Positions 1 to 12,098 of a stretch of DNA of 64,000 bases are shown here, piece by piece (positions within the stretch are counted from its first letter, which is position 1; every line of letters begins with the position of its first letter). The translations under genes and the position numbers were made by a program. The notes beneath the pieces are model-generated. The model worked only from the letters and a program-made list of their open reading frames with translations, searched no databases and was not told the DNA's origin. Origin of the DNA: Eledone cirrhosa (lineage: Eukaryota); contig OZ024740.1 in NCBI GenBank assembly GCA_964016885.1, forward strand, positions 333,436,001 through 333,500,000, in the 5' to 3' direction.

Positions 1-44
1 AGCAAAGTAGCACACGAACGGATATATATATATATATGCGCGCG

Positions 45-51
45 TGTGTGT

Positions 52-141
<90 letters not shown>
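45..141. repeat. (TG)n microsatellite, representative of dozens of (TA)n/(TG)n/(GA)n tracts in the window
   Basis: Direct reading; other long tracts include 37498-37652, 41370-41561, 48250-48384 and 59862-60082. Confidence 0.99.
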
Positions 142-143
<2 letters not shown>

Positions 144-959
144 CCAAAATCGAAAATATATTCAGATGGCAGTAAATGGAATATCATGCGTTTGATTTTC
201 ATTCATATTTAAATCAATATGATTTCCAAGTCAATGGGATTCGAGTCACATTTCCGCTGAGGTTATATATAATTTTTGACGCATTTCAAATGCGTGTGTT
301 ATGATGAACTTAAATGTAGAAACTTTGAAACTTTTCATTGAAAACCTAATTAACACAAACATATGAGACTAAAATCCTTGTTAGCAGTAATGCATACACA
401 CACCTTCAAAGAAACACAAACGCACACTCTCCTGCAATGAAACAATAAAGCATTATGGGATATATATTTGCAGTATCTATTAGTCTCCTACCGTTTTCCA
501 CTTTTGCCCAGCAACTATACTTTCTAATCAAAGTAGACCGTTAGGTGTTTACTTCTCATTATTCAAATTTCAATTTTCAACTCTGTTAATTAGGAAATAC
601 ATTCTTCACATACAATTTAAGGGGAATTTATTACAATTCCAATTAAATTAAATGGTTTCACCTATATTCAATGCATGGTAATTCTAATTTATTTCGCAAA
701 TAATTTGTATTTTGCAAAATGAGTGACAAAAGACACTTTAATTTTCTTGTACGGAACATGATTAAAAATCCCCTTTTTTCCTAATACAACATAACTCGCC
801 TTTTTGTTGCTTTCTTCGTACTACGAATATATCGACTGGGCCTTTCTTAAAAATAATTTTTATTAGTATTTAATCATATAACATCTTAAACGTTACAGAG
901 ATATGTTTATTTGTTTTACGTTATATACTCTTTGTAATAGGGTTAAACATATTTAGTTA

Positions 960-1560
960 ACTTTATGCAAGATAGTTCGGTTTTCAAACGTGTCCATGAA
1001 TATTAAGAAACAGGGGATGTGACAGTACTGACAATTGGTAGATTTCAGCTGTCAAGTTGTTTGGTATCACCTTATCACCATTTATCCGAACAATATACAC
1101 GCATATTCCTATAGATATATCAGGGCAACGAGAACTTATCCTTAGATGATCCCATACTTGGGAAGAAAACTCCACAAGAGCTCCGTCAAACGCAGTCATA
1201 TCTTGATTGTTGAGATATACGACGCAAGTATACACCTCTTGGCAATATTCCAATGATTTCTCAAAGATATGCCATAGTGTGAAATGTTGGTCAAGTGTGT
1301 GGTGAGTGGGCGGAAAACACGCTATTTTTCAGCTAGCTTAGACTTGATAGAATTCTTATATGTCTTTCACAGACACTTAGCACTGCTTTTACTGAGGAGT
1401 CTTTAAAAGGAGTTCCCTCTATAATTCTAGCAATTTCTCTTGTCACCTAATTTGAAAATTTGCAATATCACTCCAGATTGCCATTTCATCGGTATTGTTC
1501 CAGATATGCAGTTCACTCAGCCAATAGGAGTCAGTCAGAGAGCATATTCTGTATTTAAGG
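960..1560 (-). pseudogene. Degenerate non-LTR (RTE/CR1-like) reverse transcriptase fragment
   Basis: Minus-strand translation gives PMKWQSGVILQIFKLGDKRNC*NYRG (like W..I.PIFKKGD...C.NYRGI) and DQHFTLWHIFEKSLEYCQEVYTCVV (like DQIFTLRQILEKS.EY...Y.CFVD). It has stops and frameshifts; boundaries are approximate. Confidence 0.7.
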
Positions 1561-1873
1561 CTTTTAATATACTGGATTGAATTTCATCATCTCAATATAA
1601 TTGCTCGAATGATCTTAACCACGTAGAAATTAGTCATCACTCCGAGATTTACATTGTGTACGTAGTAAGATATTATAAAGAACGGGTTAATGAGATCAGC
1701 ATAAAATTCTCTTCTCCTCGCAAAGAGAAATTTATTTCAATATCACCGGATGATCTACCAGAATACAACATTTGCTGATCTGAAGTCAGATTCCATCTTA
1801 AACGAAAAGTTCTACTATGTCTTTACAGCTGTATAACATTTCATATATCAATGTTATATCATATGTATATTTA

Positions 1874-1955
<82 letters not shown>

Positions 1956-2091
1956 AGAATGTGAGTGTTTTTTTTACAAAATGAAAAATAACCGGTGTCC
2001 TACAAGAGTGAAAGTATAAAGAAAAAAAAATGAAATCGAAAATGCAACTGGAGTCTTATTTTTAAATATATATATATATATTTATTTGGTT

Positions 2092-2129
2092 CCTCTAACG
2101 GTTTCACAGTTCTTCTGCTTTTCAAAAGT
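2092..2129 (-). ncRNA. Degenerate type I hammerhead ribozyme (UUGAAAA core family)
   Basis: Reverse complement reads ACTT-TTGAAAA-GCAG aagaa CTGT-GAA-ACCGTT-A-GAGG, a mutated paralog of 6589-6626. Confidence 0.6.
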
Positions 2130-3198
2130 AGAGTTGAGATGGAGGGCCTGTGGTTTTTCTGACATCTGGTTGGTCTTTGAATGTTACTTGTTTTATATGG
2201 AAAAAAGTAGCTCGAAAGGCGAGGTTTTTAGAGAAGTAATTTGATTGGTTGGTCAATAATTATAATAAATTTCGCGCCAGTTCGCGTTACAAAGTTCTTC
2301 ACAAACAGGGGGGGGGGGGGGCTCAAGTTGTTTTTTCATATATGAGTATTTGTGTTTCTTTTTACTAAAAAAAAGGGCTTCACGAAGGCTTTTTTTTTAA
2401 TAAACGTAATTTGATTGGTTATAAATGAAATTATGGTTGTCACGTGAACAACTTTTCATTAAATTTCACGCGCTTATTTGGAAATCTATTCTGTAGCCTC
2501 GTTAGACGATTTTATGACAAGCAAAAGATAATAGTCAAGAGAAATGGGATGGGAGAATTGTTCTGGTTCAGTGAATATGGTTAGTTCGCTGGGGTGTCAG
2601 AATCAGATTTTCTATTGAAATAAAGAATGTAAAGATATGTTGTTTATTTGTGTGCTTGTGTGTGTGTGTGTATTGGAAGATGATTCTATTAGTAAACATG
2701 GGGGAGGGAGTTGTGTGTGTGTGTATATATGGGTGTTAAGTGTGTGTGTGTGAGGGGGGGAGTATGTTAATATGGAGAGAATATATATATTTTGTGTGTG
2801 TGTATATATATGTGTGTAGGAAAGTGATTCTATTAGTAGAAATGGGGGAGGGAGATGTGTGTGTGTGGGGGGGGGGGGGGTTATGTGTGTGTATGGGCGT
2901 TATGTGTGTGTGGGAGTATGGTAAGCATGTTAAGATGAAGAGAATATATATATATATATATATATATATTGTTTGTGTGTATGTGTGCGTGTGTAGGAAA
3001 ATGATTCCTTTAGTAGGAATATTTTTGAATGAACATATTTTCCTTACTTATTCGTGTTTGTTCTGTTGTATTGTCAGCGTAAACGTATGTTAAGGTTTAT
3101 TTAGCTCGAGTTTTTATTTTCTAAAGTAGCAGGTGTTATGTGTGTGTGTATGTGTCTGTTTGGATGGTTAGCATGCTATGGTGTTGACATAATGTATA

Positions 3199-5466
3199 TT
3201 AAACCATATTTAATGCTGGTCTATATTTTTGAATAAACATATTTCCCTTATTTATTCGTATTTGTTCTGTTGTATTGTTAGCGCAAAGGTAAAATGGGAA
3301 GACTTGGAATTTGGGTCTCTTATTACTTGCGCATATGTCTAGATGTGCGATTAGTGGTATCTGTTTCGTGGTTGGATCTCGTAGTTGTTGGCGATGAACT
3401 GTCATTCTGTTTCTGAGTGTGAGTTTAGTTTGTCCTATATAATCTTCATTGCATCCTTTACATTTAATTGCATAAAGAAGATTTTTTGATGAGCAAGTGA
3501 AGTGGTTTTTTACAGCAAAATGTTGTCCTGATTTAAATGTATACGTGTTGCCTTCAATGAGGTGAGTGCAGGTTCCACAATTTGAGCGACCACATTTTAT
3601 GACAGTTGATTGTGGGTTTGTGGTAGGTAATTTGGCATTGGTGAGTAATGTTTTCACTGATTTCGGTTGTCTTTTGCTCTTGATTATTTTGTGTGTTTCA
3701 AGGGCTTTTTTCATTATTGGGTCTTGTTTTAGTAGTGGAATGTTCTTGTGAATAGTGTTGAAAGCTTCCGCATTTCTTGGGTTTTGTGTTGAGATATATG
3801 ATAGAACATTGGACGTACCTTGAATTTGTTTCTGTTTTCGTAATTCATCAATGCCTATTGCTTTAGCCCTTTCTATTCCATTATTTATTAGTAATGGTGG
3901 GTACTCTCTTTCGAGTAGAATTTCCTTTAATTCTTGAAGTCTTTTATTTCGCGTTTCATAATTGGAGACAATTGTGCAAATTCTTCTTGCTAGGTTAAAA
4001 GGAATGTTTGTCTTCGTGTGCTTTGGATGGTTGGACGTGAATAGCAGGTATTGTTTGGAATCTGTTGGTTTGTAGTGTATGTCAGTTTCAATATTTTTAG
4101 TCTTTTTTACAGATTAAGATATCCAGAAATGGGAATTGATCTTGGCTGTATTCCATTGTGAATTGGATGTGGTTATTGATGCCGTTTATTAAGCTTTTTA
4201 AATCCTTCAGTTGGTCGAGTGTGTGGGACCAAAGAATGAGACGATCATCCAAGTAGCGTTTCCAATTCTCTGCTAAATATTTGTGGAAGTTTAATCCGTA
4301 TTTTGATTTGGACTGTTCATATATCTTGACTTCTATGTATGCCATGACTAAGTTGGCATAAGTTGGTGCGGCTTGTGTACCCATCGCAGTCCGAGATATT
4401 TGCTTGTATGTACTGCCATCGAAATCAAAAAAGTTGTTCTGTAAGATGAATTTTAATCCCTCGGTGATAAAGCTTTTTTCTATTCTGCCAGGTATCTCAT
4501 TGGGATATTTCTCTAGCCAGAATCCTATTGCTTCCAGTCCGTATTGGTTTGGGATCGTTGTGTAGAGATTCACTACATCGAAAGACACAATAATAGTGTC
4601 GTTGTTGACATATTTTCTTTTGAGGGGGGTGGGGGTTAAGAGGTCGAGATCGTCTCTTACAAGGCTTGGTATGTGTTTGAGAAGTATGTCTATAAATTTG
4701 CTCAGTCTGTGGGTTTCACATTGTTGGCCCGCTAGAATTCGTCTTAATTTAAGGTCCGTGGAGTATTGTGTGTTCACGCAGGTTGAGGTGTGTTGTTTAC
4801 ATGCATCGTTAATTATTTTACACTTGTGGATCTTCGGAAGTCCGTAAAGGTTGCTGGTTTTGTATTCAAAATGTGTTAAATAATCGCGTTCCTTTTTAGT
4901 TAGGTCTTCTGGTATCGACAAATCAGTGTGTTTAATCTGGTCATTGTTTTTGATTGCTGGTAGTTTTTCACTGTTTCATAGTAATTAGTATTTTTTAAGA
5001 GAGAGAACATAGCATTTTTATATTTTTCAGCATCCATAATGACAACAGTACTTCCCGTGTCCGCTTCCTTAATTATAATGTCCGTAGTGTTTTTTAGTTC
5101 ATGGATAATCTCCCATTCCCTTCGACTCGTGTTGGGTTTGGGTTTTGGTTGCGGCAGTTCATGGTATGGGAAAGTAGCTATATGGTCACAAAATTTGTCC
5201 AGAACTCTGTTTCTACCTTTTGTTGGGTTGTAGCTGCTTTTATTCCGTGCAATTGATTCGTCGTTATTGTCCTTGTCAAAGAATTCCTCTGTGAGACGTA
5301 ATTTTCTACAGAAGTGTGAGATATCATCATTCATCTCATTGAGGTTAGAGTATTGTGGTGTTGGTGTGAATTTCAGTCCTTTGGAGAGAATTAGTACTTG
5401 TTGGGCTGAGAAGTTTGTATTTGAAAGGATGATTATTTTCGGTTTTTCAAAATCGGTTTGTGCCAC
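3199..5466 (-). pseudogene. PLE RT-GIY-YIG polyprotein broken into several frames
   Basis: Consecutive ORF-track fragments carry RT motifs, then a CxxxxCxxC Zn-finger linker and the GIY-YIG motifs. Confidence 0.92.
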
Positions 5467-6362
5467 CGGGGTCGTGGGTCCTGTAGCCTTGGTCTAAAAA
5501 ATGATTTTCATGGAATGTTTTTTTCAATGGTATTATTATATCTAATGGTATTTCTCCTGTTATTGTGTGGTCTTGTATAGAAGTTTCGGACGTATTGAGG
5601 TTCGGTTTGTTGATAGTCCGGGTTCTAGATTTTGTTCCTTTGTGTGGGTTGGAATCTACGGTTTTGGAACAGGCTCTGTGTGGGCAAGGGTCTACGGTTT
5701 TGGAATAGGTTTTGTGTGGGTTGTGATCTGCGGATCGGATCCTGTCTTGTGTTGGGGGATCTTCGGTTTTGTTAGTAGGGTCATAGATTGGTCTATGGGT
5801 TCTGGGATTATATATATATATATACAAACACACAGACACAGACACACACACATATATATATATGTATATATATATATATAAAATTGTAATAAGCGGAGCA
5901 AGCAAGATTCAAACAATTTTTTAAAATAAATTAAAAAATATAATTTAAATATTCACCTATTCCTTTTTCTTTTACCGACAGTTTCACCTCACAAAAGAGT
6001 GAAAATCCTAGGGACTTCCAATGGAAATGTTCGGATCTTCAGAAAGCATTTTCCCTACATAGCACGTACAGTTCCAGGAAGGGCAAAAATATATTGCCAT
6101 CTGCCAGCTACTACAGGATTGAATGAGGCCGTAAACTTGACCTACACAAGAAACCAGCCCTTAGTAGAAGCGGAAGTAAACATAGACATTTTGTATATCC
6201 CCACAGGTACTAAGTACCTTTGGAAATATGTAGGGTGTCTATGGTACAGTGGTTGTTCCATGGTATTAATTTGACATACCATAATTATCAAATTGAGATA
6301 ACCGGAGTAAGCATGTTTCAAACAATTTTTTTATAAATATTGATCTTCTTTATATATATATA

Positions 6363-6450
<88 letters not shown>

Positions 6451-6457
<7 letters not shown>

Positions 6458-6657
6458 GTGAGGTTTTTTTTACAAAATGAAAAATAACCGAGGTGTCCTA
6501 CACGAGTGAAAGTATAAAGAAAAAGAGATAAAATCGAAAATGCAACTGAAGTCTTATTTTTTTTTAAAGTATATATATTTATTTGGTTCCTTTACCGGTT
6601 TCGCAGTTCTTCTGCTTTTCAAAAGGTGAGTTGAGATGGAGGGTCTGTGGTTTTTCT
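6451..6657 (-). repeat. Second pLTR copy, a direct repeat of 1953-2160
   Basis: ttagaaagtgaggttttttttacaaaatgaaaaataaccg...gagttgagatggaggg matches 1953-2160; flanked by (TA)n. Confidence 0.9.
6589..6626 (-). ncRNA. Minimal type I hammerhead ribozyme, U3-A8 core variant
   Basis: Reverse complement reads CCUU / UUGAAAA / GCAG-aagaa-CUGC / GAA / ACCGGU / A / AAGG. Stems I and II are perfect, stem III is palindromic and the cleavage triplet is GUA. Confidence 0.8.
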
Positions 6658-6671
6658 CACATATATATATA

Positions 6672-7285
6672 TATGGTGTCTGCCCACTCGTTCTCGAGTA
6701 TGGCCACTACTTTATATCCATGTAGGAGAACCCCTACTGATGTGTTGAGCGAGTGTGACTTTTTAGTCCAGCCAGCGACTTGAAAACTCTGGTACGAACA
6801 CCACACTTGTGACAATTATTGATACATAGTGCTGGGCCCATGGTGCCTTGTGACGACAAGTGCAGAGAGATCTCCAGATATAAAGCAATGCATGTGCCGT
6901 GAAGCTTTTATAGTGAGCAAAGGCATTGCACAAAGCCAGTCACACTCTCTTCACCAAGATGATATTTTCCAAAAAGAAGAACAAGTCAACATCATTGGAT
7001 ACCATCAGGTTTGCAGGTGTTATATCAGAGTGTTCCTTCTCCTAGAATTATGCCTTTACAAATGATAAGGGGTCATCTCTCCCGGTGATTTTTGATGGCC
7101 ATTGACACTTAAGAGCTCCTTTGCCCTTTGACAGGTTTTATTTTTAGTCCTGCAGGATGTCCAAAGTCACCCTCCTCACCCAGAAACCTTGGTGTGGTTG
7201 CCAGTTTAGTCTCCAATGAGCCGACCATGAGACAGGTTTTACTGGGATACATGTTACCAGTAGCACCAACTGGTGACCTGACACA
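6672..7285 (-). mobile_element. RTE-clade LINE-derived short element (3' end with terminal C2H2-like motif)
   Basis: Minus frame ends KCGVRTRVFKSLAGLKSHTRSTHQ*, like an RTE-type terminal zinc finger. It is followed by a short 3'UTR with a CTCG-agaa-CGAG hairpin and then (TA)n. Confidence 0.6.
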
Positions 7286-7299
7286 CATATATATATATA

Positions 7300-7498
7300 T
7301 ATTAAATGTTAAACGTTAATATCAAATGTTAAATGTTAATTTAACATGTACTTTCATTTTTTCACAATCTTCAGGTTCATATTCAAACTTGACTGTCACC
7401 ATTTAATATTCTACCATACTATTTCATTATAATATTATTATAATTTTAAAGGATTGTAAATAAAACGAGTAAATCAGACAAAGTTAGAATTCTTTTTA

Positions 7499-7502
<4 letters not shown>
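7300..7502. repeat. Fold-back fragment of the 27.4-27.6k pLTR family
   Basis: 7342-7379 is the reverse complement of a decayed hammerhead (tgaac-ctgaaga...gaaagtac); 7383-7502 matches 27452-27640 on the + strand. Confidence 0.75.
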
Positions 7503-7560
<58 letters not shown>

Positions 7561-7771
7561 TAGGTATACGTACATATATATATATATATATGCAGACGTA
7601 CAGTAGTATGTATATATATATACATACATGCACACATATATATATGTACGTATGGATTCACCGAACATTTATTATAATGCTCGGTGTGTTTCTATGCAAA
7701 CATCCCGAATTAAGCCGTACAGTGTCTATCTAGCAACAATCGTTGCTCATTTGTTCAACACTGACAAAGGA

Positions 7772-7814
7772 ACGCTGTACTAGTTTCAAGCTTATTAGCT
7801 ATCGTCAGCAGCGT
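7772..7814 (-). ncRNA. Minimal type I hammerhead ribozyme
   Basis: Reverse complement reads ACGCUG / CUGACGA / uAGC-uaauaa-GCUu / GAA / ACUAGU / A / CAGCGU, with a canonical core and 6-bp stem I. Confidence 0.88.
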
Positions 7815-8296
7815 ATACCTTCTTGTCAGATGATTGAACGTCTGAAAGTATATACTTTCCTTATGCATAATAACGTCTGAGCAGCCTAATTTGCATATCG
7901 AGTGAGTTAATCGGCCGGTGTACCGAAAACGATAACCGGAATAAATGAAACGAGATTTCATTACTCACTCTTAGTACGGCTGTTACTTAAATATAAGTAT
8001 GTATACGTACATACATATATGTATACAGACGTACTGTAGTATGTATATATATATATATACATACATGCACACATATATATATGTACGTATGGATTCACCG
8101 AACATTTATTATAATGCTCGGTGTGTTTGTAAACCAATATCCCGAATTAAGCCGTACAGTGTTCATTTTATCCGTTTATCGTTTTCAGTACCCCGGCCGA
8201 TTAACTCACTCGATATGCAAATTAGGCTGCACAGCCGTTAATATGCATAAGGAAAGTATATACTTTCAGACGTTCAATCATCTGGCAGGAAGGTAT

Positions 8297-8339
8297 ACGT
8301 TGCTGACGATAGCTAATAACCTTGAAACTAGTACAGCGT
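8297..8339 (+). ncRNA. Minimal type I hammerhead ribozyme (inverted copy of 7772-7814)
   Basis: acgttg-ctgacga-tagctaataacctt-gaa-actagt-a-cagcgt, with one stem II mismatch. Confidence 0.75.
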
Positions 8340-8610
8340 TCTTTGTCAGTGTTGAACAAATGAGCAACGATGGTTGCTAAACACTGTACGGCTTAATGCG
8401 GGATGTTTGTTTACAAACACAGCGAGCATTAAAATAAATGTTCGGTGAATCTATACGTACATATATATATATGTGTGCATGTATGTATATATATATACAT
8501 ACTACTATACGTCTGTATACATATATGTATGTACGTATACATACTTATATTTAAGTAACAGCCGCCGTACTAAGAGTGAGAAATGAAATTTCGTTTCATT
8601 TTTTCCGTTT

Positions 8611-8645
<35 letters not shown>

Positions 8646-8650
<5 letters not shown>

Positions 8651-8805
8651 CGAAGGAAATGTGGTAAGGAACCAGGTGGACCATAACGCACCAAAGTACT
8701 CAATACTTAGGGTAGTAGAGTGGGTAATAGGAACCAGTAAGACCCCGTCCAGAATTAGCCGTCGAAACGGCTTGAGCTCAGCCGTCAGGGTCTTACTGGT
8801 TCCTA
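8646..8805. repeat. Fold-back fragment of the 23.2-23.5k Naiad pLTR
   Basis: 8646-8746 is the reverse complement of 23357-23455; 8747-8803 matches 23317-23375. Confidence 0.85.
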
Positions 8806-8829
8806 TATATATATATATATATATATACA

Positions 8830-8906
<77 letters not shown>

Positions 8907-9064
8907 CTCCGTGTAGTTAATTATTTGTCTAGTCAAATTCTACAGGCTAAAATAAATAACTGGATAAATATTATATGTCTGTACATCGCGGAAGATAGTG
9001 TATCATTTGTCGATTATTTCTCCATATGTGTGTATTTATAGACACAAATATACTGGAAGGTTCT

Positions 9065-9257
9065 GGGCGGTGGATTGGCAGTATCGGTAGAGGGTCGGAC
9101 GCCATGCTTTCCAGCATAGTTACGTCCCTTTACGATCTGAGTTCAAATCCCGCCGAGGTTGACTTTGCCTTTCATCCTTACGGGGTCGATAAAATAAAGT
9201 ACCAGTAATGTACTGGTTAATTGCTGGCCTTGTGCCTAAAGTAGAAACAATTATTTC
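9065..9257 (+). mobile_element. tRNA-derived SINE (abundant octopus-type family)
   Basis: A-box-like ttggcagtatcgg, B-box gagttcaaatccc, core gcctttcatccttacggggtcgataaaataaagtacc and tail ggccttgtgcctaaagtagaaacaattatt. Further copies occur in the window. Confidence 0.85.
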
Positions 9258-9390
9258 TCCATAGTTACATTTTAAACTTATAGCCTCGTTTAAATGATTT
9301 TTTATGTGGTTGATTTATACGGACTAGGAGAAGAAATACTGTATATATTTTATCTAATAGTTCTTCAAACTTGCAATTTTATATATATGA

Positions 9391-9423
<33 letters not shown>

Positions 9424-9933
9424 TTTCCGTGTAGGTGTGTATTGTCTGGTTGTGCATGGGTGTGATATGCCTATAAATTATTTCAACACAACCCAGATAT
9501 TTATATTATCTTTGAATAATTATTACTGCTAATTCTATAGAGAGACTGAATGGGTAAAATCAAAATAGCGTAGACGTATATGATTGCATAGCGACAGAGA
9601 CACACTCAAGTGAATAAAGGTATATCAATTGCACGATGTCAGTCTACACATATGTGTGTATTTATAGACACAAATGTACTGGAAGGTTCTGTTAAATGAA
9701 ATAAATGGACCTGAATCAGCATATTTAATTAATAACACGATTAATTAAAATAATATTAGAAAACATAATTAAATAATATTTTTAATATACATATGAATAA
9801 TAATTATACCAGTGTTCATCTCACTGGTTCAGAATCTACATGAGCTCCCTTCCCTTCACCTACACCTATATACATGCTTATATATATATAGAGAGAGAGA
9901 GAGAAAGAGGGGGAGGAGCGCAGACACGCGGAC

Positions 9934-9966
<33 letters not shown>

Positions 9967-10653
9967 GACACATACATACACACACACACTCACACACATA
10001 CACGCACACTCACACACATACACACACACACACACACATACACACACACACATATATATATATATATAGAGAGAGATATGTATATATATGAAGACTTTCA
10101 TTTTCAAATTAAAAACTGGATTAGGTGCAGAGGATATATCACCTCAATATATCAGAGGATATATCACCATTGAGGTGATATATCCTCTGATATATCACCT
10201 CAAAATACGGTCATTTATCATAAGAAACTGTACATAATGCTACCTATCATACTTCCTATTTTTTTTCAAACGAGTATATGTACAGAATCATAATGTGTTT
10301 TAATTAATTACACGTGGTACAAATTATTCATTAAATTATATTACGAAATACAATTTCACATCAAATCTTGATTTACAATTAATTCATCCCCAATAGGACT
10401 TATCAAAATCAAATATTTATGCACAATTACCACAGCACGTTCATCTCTTCAAACACAACAAAAAACCACGGTGAAACTTTATTTACATTAAATATAAATA
10501 CATAGTCATAATATTAAATGTGAAGACTAAAATCCAAAGAGGGCTCGATAAGTATAATATACACACATACAATATATAAAACCGTTATGGGTGAAAGCAC
10601 CGATTCTTTGCTTAAACTTTAATCTGTATTTTAATAAATAAATAAATAAATAA

Positions 10654-10735
<82 letters not shown>

Positions 10736-11941
10736 GTTACACAACAGTTAGTTCACCATACCGGGGAAAATTGTTTCTCCTTAGCGGATCCTCAGCTCGT
10801 AATGGACATGGTTATACGGAACAGGAAGGACAATAGTATCTAAGTGTTCTCATGTATATATATATGTTGAACAGTGTTGTGTCCAGCCTGTAATTCTTTT
10901 CGTGTTCTCTTACTTTACTACTTTTCGTACATCCATAGAACGCTTCTTATGGCGCAGAATAGATCCCACTCTAGAATATCATATGCTGACACTCATAATA
11001 TGCATTATCCGAACTCAACGGAATGATGCCACCTATATTTAGGTGCAACAGGTTGCGGGATATTGTGTGATCAGGATATCATGTGTGCTACCATGAAATA
11101 TCGACGCTTTATGTATCTAAATACATCTTTCTATGCATGATTGTATTCTAGACATTGACATAAGAGATACATGGTCACATTCCCTGCTCATCGCTTGAGC
11201 ACATTATTACGTTCATGTGCATGTGCTGGCTAATAGAGTATGCTTGGTCGTTTCTCACTGGTGTAATTCTAAATTTGTCAATAATGCGAACGAGGGAAAG
11301 TGCCAAAATTGAATATGGAATTTGGTGAATGCACACAATATACATATACACACTCACACGCGCAGAAACATGCTATGTCAGTGCGTCATTACCACTCATT
11401 AATAAGAGCCTGCCAGTTTTCTTTATGCATGCAAATGAGATTGGTCAGTGGTTGTGCATAAGCATATAAACTATAAGCTTTTAGTTTATATTCGTCTTAG
11501 CATCCAAAAAATTAAAGAACGACGGTTAATGACCGAGAAATGGGGAAGTCAGCGTGACGTCCCTTGTTTGCTAAAAATTATGGTGAATAAATCATCGCTT
11601 CCAAGCTTCATAACGAGACTACAAAAAAACATTCTGTATATATTTCAGTATGCAATCCTAGTACTATATACATATGAATATATACATATTAATATATACA
11701 TATATGTGTGTATGTTTGTGTCTGATTGTATTTATGTGTGATTTTGTGTGTTTGTTTGTGTGTTAGTGAGTGTGTGTGTGTTGTGTGTGTGTGAGTGAGT
11801 GTGTGTGTGTATGCACATACATATTGAACCATTTCGTTTTCTCTATCTATATTTACTTCTGTCGTTTACTCGCTCCTTCCTTGTGTGACGTTCAATTTTT
11901 CATAACAGCCTGTACGTGTAAGTATGGTTGTTAAAAAATGA

Positions 11942-12050
<109 letters not shown>

Positions 12051-12051
12051 A

Positions 12052-12098
<47 letters not shown>

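Larger units (their letters stand above)
1953..5810 (-). mobile_element. Penelope-like retroelement (Neptune/Penelope type), frameshifted, 5'-truncated, with 3' pLTR
   Basis: ORFs 4900-5466 (LSKGLKFTPTP, IIIKEADTGSTVVIMD), 4097-4921 (LYGLPKIHK, SFDVVNLYT, TAMGTQAAPTYANL, WKRYLDD, FPFLD) and 3199-3714 (CGRSNCGTC, FTCSSKNLLYAIKCKGC, YIGQT). Both ends abut (TA)n. Confidence 0.95.
7555..8612. mobile_element. Non-coding nested inverted-repeat element made of PLE pLTR copies with two hammerheads
   Basis: 7720-7955 is inverted to 8160-8390, 7950-8160 is inverted to 8380-8610, and 7560-7725 is a direct repeat of 8000-8160. Confidence 0.75.
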
